Assembly: GCA_002839445.1 (NCBI GenBank)
Contig: PGYB01000007.1
Location: 110,558 to 174,557, forward strand
Reading direction: 5' to 3'
Length of the DNA: 64,000 nucleotides
Source: Candidatus Riflebacteria bacterium HGW-Riflebacteria-1
GTDB lineage: Bacteria > Muiribacteriota > Ozemobacteria > Ozemobacterales > Ozemobacteraceae
How positions within the stretch are numbered: the first letter of the stretch is position 1; every line of letters starts with the position of its first letter. The translations under genes and the position numbers were made by a program. This document shows positions 27,583 through 36,334 of this stretch, one piece after another. Below the pieces are notes generated by a model, which was not told the origin of the DNA, ran no database searches, and saw nothing but the letters and a program-made list of their open reading frames with translations.

Positions 27583-29019
27583 CTAATCGATACTGGTCGG
27601 GTGGGAGAAACGATATGGCAGGTTGCGAAAAATCTTCCAGACCCCGTCTTCGCGGCGCCATTCAACAACAGCCTTGATCTGCCCTGAGTCGATGTCGACG
27701 CCTGGGATCAGGTTTATAACCCTGACCTGGGCTGTGCATTTTACTTTTGCCCGGTCAGTCTGGTAAAAGTCGATGGAATCAACTGAATAATTGGCGATTT
27801 TGACATCCATGGCGTCAAAACGGCTTTTTGTGCAGGTTCTCAGGTCGTTGTATGTGCTGTTTACATCCCAGTCGTTGCCAAAGTTCTGTGAGATTCGAGC
27901 AGCAACCACGTCGATCTTCTCAGTAGCCAGGGCGGCCTGCAATTCGCGGTGCGCGTCGGCGATCTCTCCCCAACGACTGTCAGCGTAGACTTCTGTCGGG
28001 TGGGTGTCGCGATATGGCATGTTGCGGTAAACTTTCCAGAAGTTGCCTTCTTTGCGCCACATAGCATCAAACGTATAGGTTTTGTCGCGCACGATTTCTT
28101 CAGTACGCAGACTTTTGAGCCTGATTTTTGCTTCTGTGCGCACTCTTACCAGATTATCGGGCAGAAACTCGCTGCTTTTGATTGTCCAGCTGACATCGGT
28201 GAAAATGAAGTCTTTGAACAGATCTGTATAATGGCTGATAACATCAGTCCAGGTCGAGGTAGTATCCCAGTCATTAAGGAATGAGGGTGACACATAAACC
28301 TTGAGCAACTCTATATCGCTGCGTAAGAGAATATGCCGCAGTACACTGTTGGCTTCTCTGATCATGATTTCGCGCTCAAGAATCTGGCTGGCCGCTGAGC
28401 TTGCTGCATTTTTTACCGCTGCCAGATCGAGAACGGTCTTTGGCACTGCAGTTTTTGGCAGTTGCAGGCAGAGTTTGATCGCAGTGACGACTTCGGCAAC
28501 CAGTGCTTCATACTCGCGCGCCCTGATGTCGGCTGCGGTAAGGTTTTTGTCGATGCTGAGGCCCTGCTGCCAGATAAGTGCTTCGGCTGTGGTCTGCAGA
28601 TTGAGCAAGAGTTTGCTGAGATCGTTGTAATAAAGCTCATCACTTGATACGCGGCGCAACAGTGCAATTTTGCCGGCTTCGGCCCGCACAACCAGATCCT
28701 CGGCAAACGGAACTTTGTTTAATGCAAAGTTGCCAGTCTTGTCAGACCGCGAGCTTACGCCACCGGCTGACACCATGAATGTAGAAAAATCGCTGATTGC
28801 CACGAGTGTGCCGCGCAGAGAACTCGTCAGGTCGGTTTCGATGATTTCTGGCAGCTTGATCTGGCCTGAAAGAGTGAAATGACTGGCGTCAGGTAATGGG
28901 TTAAAGCGCAGATCGCCTTTGCCGGTACAGCCGTTGAACAAAATGAGCATGGCAAGAAGGATTGCTGAGTAAAAAAGGTTGCCATAACGTCGTTTTGGCC
29001 TGAATTTTTTGCGCGTCAT
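27583..29019 (-). CDS. Lipoprotein of unknown function
   Basis: MTRKKFRPKRRYGNLFYSAILLAMLILFNGC has a lipobox LFNGC after a basic N-terminus. Confidence 0.5.
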   Translation of the reverse strand: MTRKKFRPKRRYGNLFYSAILLAMLILFNGCTGKGDLRFNPLPDASHFTLSGQIKLPEIIETDLTSSLRGTLVAISDFSTFMVSAGGVSSRSDKTGNFALNKVPFAEDLVVRAEAGKIALLRRVSSDELYYNDLSKLLLNLQTTAEALIWQQGLSIDKNLTAADIRAREYEALVAEVVTAIKLCLQLPKTAVPKTVLDLAAVKNAASSAASQILEREIMIREANSVLRHILLRSDIELLKVYVSPSFLNDWDTTSTWTDVISHYTDLFKDFIFTDVSWTIKSSEFLPDNLVRVRTEAKIRLKSLRTEEIVRDKTYTFDAMWRKEGNFWKVYRNMPYRDTHPTEVYADSRWGEIADAHRELQAALATEKIDVVAARISQNFGNDWDVNSTYNDLRTCTKSRFDAMDVKIANYSVDSIDFYQTDRAKVKCTAQVRVINLIPGVDIDSGQIKAVVEWRREDGVWKIFRNLPYRFSHPTSID

Positions 29020-29278
29020 TTTGCCTCCGCCAATCATCTATAGATATCTTTCGTCAGATTCTGCAAAAGTCATGAGAAGCAAAATCTCTGGCGTGATTCA
29101 ATCGAGAACCCCTCGGAATCAATAGACACCCACCCAGGCTGATGTAGCATAAAGCCGCAGTAGATAAGGTTTTAAATCGTGAATTTTGCCGTCAGAGGTT
29201 GTTTTGTGTTATGCTGAAATCCTACACAATTAAAGGCGCGTTGATTTGCGCCGCTCAGGATCGAATGGAGGCATTAAG

Positions 29279-32200
29279 ATGGAAGATAACGAAGTAAAAA
29301 CCGTAAAAAAATCGCGCGGGGTAATGTTTTATCTCAAGATTTTTCTGGTTTTTGTTCTGCTGCTCGGCGCCTCTATGGCTATCGGGATTTATTATGTTTA
29401 TCATCGTCTGACCACTGACAGTCGGCTTGAAAAGATTATCGGTGAAAAGATAAGTGCCGCGATTCGTATGGATGTTAAGTTTGATGGTATTTCCATGTCT
29501 TTTCCGAATATTACCATCAACAATCTAAGCGTCGCGACTGATTCTCCAGAGCTCAAGCTCTCTGCAAAAATAGCGCAGTTAAATGTTACCCCAGACTTTT
29601 TCGCGGCTCTGCAGGGCGAGTTTGTGCTTGATTCTGTCAGCGTAGCATCGGGGGTAACCGTTGTCGAGCTTCCAGAATCGGCAAAGACTGCAGATGCAAC
29701 CACCGGCGAACCGGCAAAGCCGCTGGATCTGTCAACACTCAAGCTGCCGTTCAGAAACGTCAGCTTGAGCGATCTGCGATTCAGTGTTAAGAAGGGCGCT
29801 GAAAAGCCGCGTGAAGTGTTGTTGAAAAGCGCGAATCTGTCGCGGGCACTGCTGTCAAGCAGTTTGCCTTTCGATATCGAGATCGATCTGGTTGCTGTAG
29901 CTTCGTTAAAGGTTGACGGAAGTATACAATGGCCAGAGAGAATCAGCGCTTCGATCAATGTTTCTGGCAAAGACGTCGAAGAACTCAAAAAGCTGGTTCC
30001 TCAGGAGTATCAGAAGCAAGTGGCTTTCATTAAGTCCGCTAATGCTCGCGCTGATGTCGTTTACAGCCTCAAAGATGGCTCAGTAAAGGTCAGCGACTGT
30101 CATCTGGTTGTTGAACCAGGCATAAAAGCAGATCTTGGCGTAGAAGTTGCCAGCATGTCACCACTTAACGCTACGGCAACTTTCAAATTTGCTCCAGTGC
30201 AGGTTGATGCGGTCTGGCCGCTGGTCAAAGACTTTGTGCCGGCTGAGCACGGTCTTCTCGTCAAGAATGGCTCGATCTCTGCCGAAGGCTCGGTGTCGCT
30301 GCTCAATTCGGCTGTGCAGGCGATCGACGTCAGCGTGGTTTCAGAAAAAGTAACGTTGAACGCGAAGGTGCTGCCCGAAGCTGTTCAGCTTGAACGCGGC
30401 CAGATACGATACAAAGACGACAAAATCAGCTTCAGCGGCTTTACTGCGCGAATGTCTGACTCGCAACTGAAGCTTACTACCGGCAGTTTGACAGTTGCGC
30501 CGCTGTCTTTTGTTGGCGAAGTCGCTCTTGACGCTAATTTCGACAGCATCTGGAAGCTGGCAGCAGGTTTCCTCAGTGATGACGCGAAACGGGTAACACC
30601 TTCCGGCAAGGGCGTTTTCACGGGAAAAGTCTATTATGACAGCAAAGGGCCGCGTATCGACGGTAGTTTTACTGCCGATCGTATTGGTCTCAAGGAAAAG
30701 CAGACCTCAGCGCAGGCCAGCATTGAAAAGATCAAAATCCGGCTCGAAAACCTTGGCGATGCCAGGGGCAAGATTCACATCGAAAGCCTTGAAGCCAAAG
30801 GAGTTGGCGCGATGGTCAAAGTTAAAGGCGTGATGACCAACGCGCTCGATATTGGCCTCGATTTTTCAGCTGATGGCAATGTAAACATTGATGAATTCGC
30901 TAGCCTCGGAGCAAGCTTGTTCAAACTGCCGATCAGACCGGGGCAGTTCAAGGGCGAGGTGGTTCTGGCTCTGCAGGTCGGTGGCAAATTGAGTGATATC
31001 AAGCCAAAGGGCCGTCTTGAGTTGAAGAATGTTCACGCCGACATGAGCGAGCGTGGATTTGTGCTGGCGAAACTAAATGGCGCTGCCAGCGCCGATCTCG
31101 ACAAGCTCACGCTCGAAAAGGTCGCTGCCGAAATTCTTGGTGGCAAGGTTACGATCAGCGGAACTCTGAAGGATTTTAAACAGCCGACGTTTGATGCCAA
31201 TCTTGGCATAAGTGGCGCTGATCTTGGCCAGATTCGCGCGCTTATCGGCAAGAACGTGCCGGATATGCCCAAAGAGATCGAAGTCAGCGGTCGCTCTGAT
31301 TTGACTGTGCATGTTAAAGGCTCTTTTGAAAAGCCTGATATCAATGGCGAAGCGACGCTTAAAGGCGTCAGGTTTTTCCATCCTGCAGTATTCAGACCAG
31401 TTGAAAATATTGCCGGGCCGATCAAAATCAGTAATAGCGGACTGACCACGACAGGCGTTACTGCCAACTGGGGAAGCTCAGCCGCCACCGTCAGTGGTGA
31501 ACTTAAAGACTGGGCAAAGTTTGTCAGTAATTTCAAGTATACGGTGCAGCCACTTGATGCGACTGATGCCGCCGGTTTCTTTCTGAAGGATACCGGCTAT
31601 GTGTTTGATGGCAAAGGTTCTGGCAGCGGCACTATCACCGGTCCTCTCGCTAAGATAAAGGTGGCCGGCGACGCAACGATACCAACAGGTATTGTCACCG
31701 CTCCGGTTAGTGAAAAGGGCGATGTTTTCAAGTTTCCGTTTCAGAAACTTGTCGCAAATTATAATTATACCGAGCTGGTGTTCTCGGTTACCTCGGCAGA
31801 ACTCGAAATGTTCAGGGGAAAGGTTAAGGCCAGCGGCAAAGCTTTCCTGGCGTCTGAGCCAATTCGCTTCGAGTTTGACAGCAATCTCAATAACCTGATG
31901 ACCGAGGACTTTCTCAAGCAGAACACTAAATACCCGAACATGCTTACTGGCGGCCTGAACGGCAGCTTTACCGGTCGTGGCAACACTCTTGGCCTGGCAG
32001 AGCTGAATGGCGACGCGAAACTGGGTATGCCAAAGGGCACTTATAATTCTCCGCCTTTTCTTAAACAGATAGGCGACAAGTTGAACGCACCCCAGCTTGC
32101 GTCTGGAACGATTGACAATGTGTCTGGAGATTATAAGATTGCAAATGGTCGAATCAGCTCAAATAATGTTCTTGCCAAAGCAGGTGAAGACAGAGTAACT

Positions 32201-32662
32201 TTTGTCGGGTCGGTTGGTCTCGATACTACACTGGATGGTGAAGCCCGTATGCAGCTGAATCGTCAGACTGCTCTCAGGAGCAATGTTCTGCGCGAGCTCA
32301 TTGGTGACGAAGCTTCTATCGAAATTCCGGTCAGTATAAAAGGGTCATTTATGTCTCCTTCGGTTGGTATACCGCTTGATCGCATGTTAAAAGAAGCTGC
32401 TGAGCGCCGGGCAAAGTCGGCAGTAAAAAAAGAAGGCGGCAAGCTTCTTGATAAGCTGTTTGGCGTTAAGAAACAGCCAGATGCACAACCCGCTCCTCAG
32501 GCGGCGACGCAGACGGCCCCGATGGCTCCGGGAACGCCTGTTCCCACAACTCCCACCGCTACTTCTACTGTTCAGCCGGTTAAGCAGGAAACACAGCAGA
32601 AGAAGATCGAGAACACGATCAAAGATCTTGGCAAGAATCTGAAAAATATTTTCCGCCGATAA
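29279..32662 (+). CDS. AsmA/TamB-like family protein (large envelope-spanning, N-terminal membrane anchor)
   Basis: GGAGG Shine-Dalgarno. N-terminal TM FYLKIFLVFVLLLGASMAIGIYYVY. Roughly 1100 aa of beta-rich repetitive sequence typical of the AsmA-like/DUF748 family. Pro/Thr/Ala-rich C-terminal tail. Confidence 0.65.
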   Translation: MEDNEVKTVKKSRGVMFYLKIFLVFVLLLGASMAIGIYYVYHRLTTDSRLEKIIGEKISAAIRMDVKFDGISMSFPNITINNLSVATDSPELKLSAKIAQLNVTPDFFAALQGEFVLDSVSVASGVTVVELPESAKTADATTGEPAKPLDLSTLKLPFRNVSLSDLRFSVKKGAEKPREVLLKSANLSRALLSSSLPFDIEIDLVAVASLKVDGSIQWPERISASINVSGKDVEELKKLVPQEYQKQVAFIKSANARADVVYSLKDGSVKVSDCHLVVEPGIKADLGVEVASMSPLNATATFKFAPVQVDAVWPLVKDFVPAEHGLLVKNGSISAEGSVSLLNSAVQAIDVSVVSEKVTLNAKVLPEAVQLERGQIRYKDDKISFSGFTARMSDSQLKLTTGSLTVAPLSFVGEVALDANFDSIWKLAAGFLSDDAKRVTPSGKGVFTGKVYYDSKGPRIDGSFTADRIGLKEKQTSAQASIEKIKIRLENLGDARGKIHIESLEAKGVGAMVKVKGVMTNALDIGLDFSADGNVNIDEFASLGASLFKLPIRPGQFKGEVVLALQVGGKLSDIKPKGRLELKNVHADMSERGFVLAKLNGAASADLDKLTLEKVAAEILGGKVTISGTLKDFKQPTFDANLGISGADLGQIRALIGKNVPDMPKEIEVSGRSDLTVHVKGSFEKPDINGEATLKGVRFFHPAVFRPVENIAGPIKISNSGLTTTGVTANWGSSAATVSGELKDWAKFVSNFKYTVQPLDATDAAGFFLKDTGYVFDGKGSGSGTITGPLAKIKVAGDATIPTGIVTAPVSEKGDVFKFPFQKLVANYNYTELVFSVTSAELEMFRGKVKASGKAFLASEPIRFEFDSNLNNLMTEDFLKQNTKYPNMLTGGLNGSFTGRGNTLGLAELNGDAKLGMPKGTYNSPPFLKQIGDKLNAPQLASGTIDNVSGDYKIANGRISSNNVLAKAGEDRVTFVGSVGLDTTLDGEARMQLNRQTALRSNVLRELIGDEASIEIPVSIKGSFMSPSVGIPLDRMLKEAAERRAKSAVKKEGGKLLDKLFGVKKQPDAQPAPQAATQTAPMAPGTPVPTTPTATSTVQPVKQETQQKKIENTIKDLGKNLKNIFRR

Positions 32663-32674
32663 TCAGGAGGCTGC

Positions 32675-33031
32675 TTGGAAAACAAGAATTTTACCCTCAA
32701 CTTTAAGACGTCGGGCACAGTTACCATAGTTGAGTTTAGTGGCTATCTGGCGGCCGGAGTCACTGAGAAGCTGGTTCCCGAGGTGGAATCGCGTCTGGTG
32801 CAGGGCTGCCGCAACTTTCTTTTTGATTTCAGGGGAGTCACCATGCTGGAGAGTGCTGCAGTTGCAGGCATTCTTTCTACCACTGAAAAAATAGTCGATG
32901 AGCGCCAGGGCTATCTGGCGTTCTGCAATCTCAACGATGTTTCGCAGCGTGTGCTTGAGATGGTCGGCGTTTTTCTTTATGCTGGCTGCTTTGACACTGC
33001 TGAAGAAGCTATTGCCGAAATGACCGATTAA
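32675..33031 (+). CDS. STAS domain protein (anti-sigma-factor antagonist / MlaB-like)
   Basis: TTG start 6 nt after an AGGAGG Shine-Dalgarno, 12 nt after the AsmA-like stop. The SpoIIAA-like pattern is TVTIVEFSGYL...FLFDFRGVTMLESAAVAGIL...VLEMVGVF. Confidence 0.6.
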   Translation: MENKNFTLNFKTSGTVTIVEFSGYLAAGVTEKLVPEVESRLVQGCRNFLFDFRGVTMLESAAVAGILSTTEKIVDERQGYLAFCNLNDVSQRVLEMVGVFLYAGCFDTAEEAIAEMTD

Positions 33032-33187
33032 TTTTAGACAACGAGCTGCTGAATTTTTGCTTACATTCTGGTTTATAAGACTAGAACTGGCCACTAGACA
33101 GTAGCTTCGTCTTGGTACATATTTTGCTTTGATATAGCTCGTTCTGAAATTATTATTTTTTATTATTTATTCGGAGGGAGCGACTGT

Positions 33188-34561
33188 ATGTCTAAAAACT
33201 GGGCAAGGCTGATAGCTCTTGTAACTGTTTTCTGTATGTTGTTCTCGGCAGAAGCTTTTGCTGGCAAGGGTTATGGAAAACCCGGCTGCCACAAACCCGG
33301 CTTCTTTGCTAAAATTGGTAACTGTCTGAAGAAAACCACTCAGAAGGTTGCTAAAGCTGCTAAAACAGCTGCAAAGAAAACTGGTCAGGCCATCAAGACT
33401 GCTGCCAAGAAAACTGGTCAGGCGATCAAAAGCGCCGCAGTAAAAACCGGCAAGGCTATCAAAGTAGCCGGCGCCAAAATCAACAATGCTGTTAAAGATA
33501 CTGGTGTATCAATCAAGCACAAAATTACCGGATGCAAGAACCGTGTATGGGTTGTTGGCCACTATGACAAAAATGGCAAATGGACCAAAGGTCACTGGCG
33601 CAAAAACGATCATAACCACAAACCCGGTCAGGGAAATAACCCTGGACAGGGCAATAACCCCGGTCAGGGCAATAACCCCGGACAGGGCGGCGAACCTCTG
33701 CCACCAGTAGGCAACGAACCCGGTCAGGGCAACGAGCCTGGTCAGGGCGGCGAACCAGCTCCGATCCCCGAAGAACCGACACCAACCGAACCAACTCCCG
33801 AAGAACCAGCTCCTGCTGATCCAGCCCCCGAAGTTCCGAGCCCGGCCCCCGAAGATCCGGTTCTCCCAGAACTCCCCGGCGATGAAGCACAGCCAGGCGA
33901 CGAAGGCACACCAGGAGACTCTTCAGAAGCTAATCCAGAAACCCCGGCACCTGCTGACCCGGCACCCGCAGAACCGACTCCTGAAGAACCAGCTCCGGCA
34001 GAACCGACACCCGAAGTTCCGGCTCCAGCTGACCCAGCTCCCGAACAGCCAGGCGATGACGCAGGCCAGAGTGGTCAGAGCGGCCAGGCAGGCCAGGGCG
34101 AACAGTCTGAACAGGCTGGACAGTCTGAGCAGTCTGAACAGGCCGGTCAGGCCGGACAGAGCGAACAGGCAGAAATCACACTCAGAACCATGGGCATGCT
34201 GATGAATGATCTGGTAAGACAGTCTGGTGAAATCACAGAATTCAGAAGAGCTGCCAATCCTGAGATGAGCTATTCACTGGGTGTATCTGAAAACCTCAAC
34301 AGCACCTACGACCTGCGTGAAACCAATGCAAAGCTTCTGATCAAGGTTATCGCCTGGGATCTGCAGCGCAATAACGGTGAAACAGGCGAATACTTCAGCT
34401 TCTTCACCTACAAGATGAACACTTTCGACAGCGACACCCGCAGACTGGTCAAAGATGTTATCGATCGCGTAAAAGAAAGCGTAAAACATGGCGTCGGCCA
34501 TGTAACTGAAGAAGAAAAGTCAGCCTATGACAAGAGAATGGGCGAAATCGAAGGCTTCTAA
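33188..34561 (+). CDS. Secreted, highly repetitive low-complexity protein
   Basis: GGAGGGA Shine-Dalgarno. Signal peptide. In-frame DNA tandem repeats encode (AAKKTGQAIKT)x3, (PGQGNN)x4, (PEEPAPAxP)n and (GQSEQ)n, followed by a non-repetitive C-terminal domain. Confidence 0.6.
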   Translation: MSKNWARLIALVTVFCMLFSAEAFAGKGYGKPGCHKPGFFAKIGNCLKKTTQKVAKAAKTAAKKTGQAIKTAAKKTGQAIKSAAVKTGKAIKVAGAKINNAVKDTGVSIKHKITGCKNRVWVVGHYDKNGKWTKGHWRKNDHNHKPGQGNNPGQGNNPGQGNNPGQGGEPLPPVGNEPGQGNEPGQGGEPAPIPEEPTPTEPTPEEPAPADPAPEVPSPAPEDPVLPELPGDEAQPGDEGTPGDSSEANPETPAPADPAPAEPTPEEPAPAEPTPEVPAPADPAPEQPGDDAGQSGQSGQAGQGEQSEQAGQSEQSEQAGQAGQSEQAEITLRTMGMLMNDLVRQSGEITEFRRAANPEMSYSLGVSENLNSTYDLRETNAKLLIKVIAWDLQRNNGETGEYFSFFTYKMNTFDSDTRRLVKDVIDRVKESVKHGVGHVTEEEKSAYDKRMGEIEGF

Positions 34562-34582
34562 GCCAGAGACAAGTTAAACAAA

Positions 34583-34611
34583 AGAGCCGCCTCGTAAGAG
34601 GCGGTTTTTTT
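34583..34611 (+). terminator. Rho-independent terminator
   Basis: AGCCGCCTC-gtaa-GAGGCGG followed by T7, 22 nt after the stop. Confidence 0.8.
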
Positions 34612-34662
34612 ATGCAAAAAAAACATTGCTTTGCGCCGGCGTGGGCTCTAAAATAGGACAAT

Positions 34663-36231
34663 ATGAAGAGCGAGCAGACAAACAGACTTAACTTAAGCCA
34701 GCTTTTTCTGGCGGCCTCGGTTCTTTCGGTTATTATCACGGCTTTATGGCTGATGTACCCGAATCCGAACCGGCGCTATCATCTTGTGCTGACTGGTATG
34801 AGTAAAGGGCGAATTCGCCCGTTCAAGGCCAAATTCAAGCCATATCAGGGCAAGCGCATGGGTGGGGCGGCAGGAGTTGCTGCCGTGGCAAAAGAAGCAA
34901 TAGCCTCATTTGAAGGCCGCCCATATAACTTTTTCTCAGTTGGCAGCGAGATATCTGGTACGGCCGATGCTTATTTTACACGTGGCGAAGCGGTTATCAA
35001 GACTTTGAATGCTATCGGCATCGAAGCCATGCTGATTGGCAACATCGAGTTTACCTATGGTGCCCGCCGCCTGGCCGACCTGGTAAAATCTGCCGAATTT
35101 GGTTTTATCAGCTCAAATGTCTTTGAATCTGCCAGCGAAAGACCGCCAGATTACATTTCTTCTGAACTTTTCTTCAATCCCGGTGGTGGCCTCAAAATTG
35201 GCGTTACCGGTATTACCCCGCCAACCACCCCGACTTTGACCGCGCTCAACAATATCGAGGGCCTTGAATTCGTTGCTCCAGGCGAGACTCTTCGCCTGCA
35301 GGTTGCGGCTATGCGCAAAGCAGGCGCAGATCTGGTTGTGCTGCTGACCATGTATAGCTACGATCGCATCAAGGCTGACGAGTGGCAGGCTATAGCTTCG
35401 GCAGCGCCAGATGTCTGTGTGATGCTTGACTATGATATCGAAACGCCAGCTGCGGTTCGCCGCGATGGCGTGATAATCAAGACTGTGAGTGGTTATAATC
35501 AGTCAAAAGAGGTAGATGTTCTTGATCTCGAGATTACGCCACACCCAGTTCGGATTGTCTCATGGAAAGGGCGTCGCCTGGCGGTCAACCATGCCGAAAT
35601 AACTGCCGACAAGCAAGTTAGCGAAATTGTCGACGCAGTGACCCGCGAGAATAGAGAGTTGCGCGATCGCTACATCGGTGAGTTTGCCAGCGATTACCAG
35701 CGCGAATGGGATCGCGAATGCCCGATCGGCAATATGGTCGTTGATGCCATGCTCGCTGAAAGTGGTTGCGATATTGCTTTGCACAACAGTGGTGGTATTC
35801 AGGGCAACATTCAGGCCGGCGATTTTTCAGTGGGCGATCTTTTCAGTATGATGCCTTTTGATAATCAGATGGTAATGATGCGGTTAACTGGTCGGGAAAT
35901 CGAAGAGTTGCTTGCCGTTTCGGCAAGCCTGCAGCGTGGCCTGCTTCAGATTGCCGGCGGCAGTTACCAGTTTGGCAAAGGCGCAAACGACGATTTCGCG
36001 CTCGAATCATTTCTGATTGGTGGCGCGCCCGTGGATCCTGACAAGATGTATTCAGTGTGCACCAATAGTTTTCTTGCTGATGGCGGCGATAATTTTGCGC
36101 CGTTCAAAAAAGGCCGCGAGCTGCAGTATGGTCGACAACAGCGCGACGTCATCAGTGACTATGTGGCCAGGCACAGCGCTGACGCGCCAATGCGTCTGGG
36201 CACCGACGGTCGTATTGTCCGCCGCGAATAG
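34663..36231 (+). CDS. 5'-nucleotidase/metallophosphatase family protein with apparently degenerate catalytic motifs, N-terminal TM anchor
   Basis: C-terminal 5'-nucleotidase_C-like region (FSVGDLFSMMPFDNQMVMMRLTGREI, SFLADGGDNF). The N-domain aligns to the calcineurin-like fold but reads HLVLTGMS / FFSVGSE / GNIEFTYG where DxH / GDxxD / GNHEF are expected. Confidence 0.55.
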   Translation: MKSEQTNRLNLSQLFLAASVLSVIITALWLMYPNPNRRYHLVLTGMSKGRIRPFKAKFKPYQGKRMGGAAGVAAVAKEAIASFEGRPYNFFSVGSEISGTADAYFTRGEAVIKTLNAIGIEAMLIGNIEFTYGARRLADLVKSAEFGFISSNVFESASERPPDYISSELFFNPGGGLKIGVTGITPPTTPTLTALNNIEGLEFVAPGETLRLQVAAMRKAGADLVVLLTMYSYDRIKADEWQAIASAAPDVCVMLDYDIETPAAVRRDGVIIKTVSGYNQSKEVDVLDLEITPHPVRIVSWKGRRLAVNHAEITADKQVSEIVDAVTRENRELRDRYIGEFASDYQREWDRECPIGNMVVDAMLAESGCDIALHNSGGIQGNIQAGDFSVGDLFSMMPFDNQMVMMRLTGREIEELLAVSASLQRGLLQIAGGSYQFGKGANDDFALESFLIGGAPVDPDKMYSVCTNSFLADGGDNFAPFKKGRELQYGRQQRDVISDYVARHSADAPMRLGTDGRIVRRE

Positions 36232-36318
36232 ATTACTGCTGCCGGCTTTGCTGAGCCGAGACTGACGATGTTTTTGCCTTTTGAATTGCCGGTTAAGATT
36301 GTTTTTAGCCTCACATCA

Positions 36319-36327
36319 TGGTAGAAT
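36319..36327 (+). promoter_or_regulatory. Candidate extended -10 promoter element (TGgTAGAAT)
   Basis: TGGTAGAAT sits 8 nt upstream of the chosen start of the GAF-HD-GYP gene. There is no clear -35. Confidence 0.25.
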
Positions 36328-36334
36328 CGCAAAC

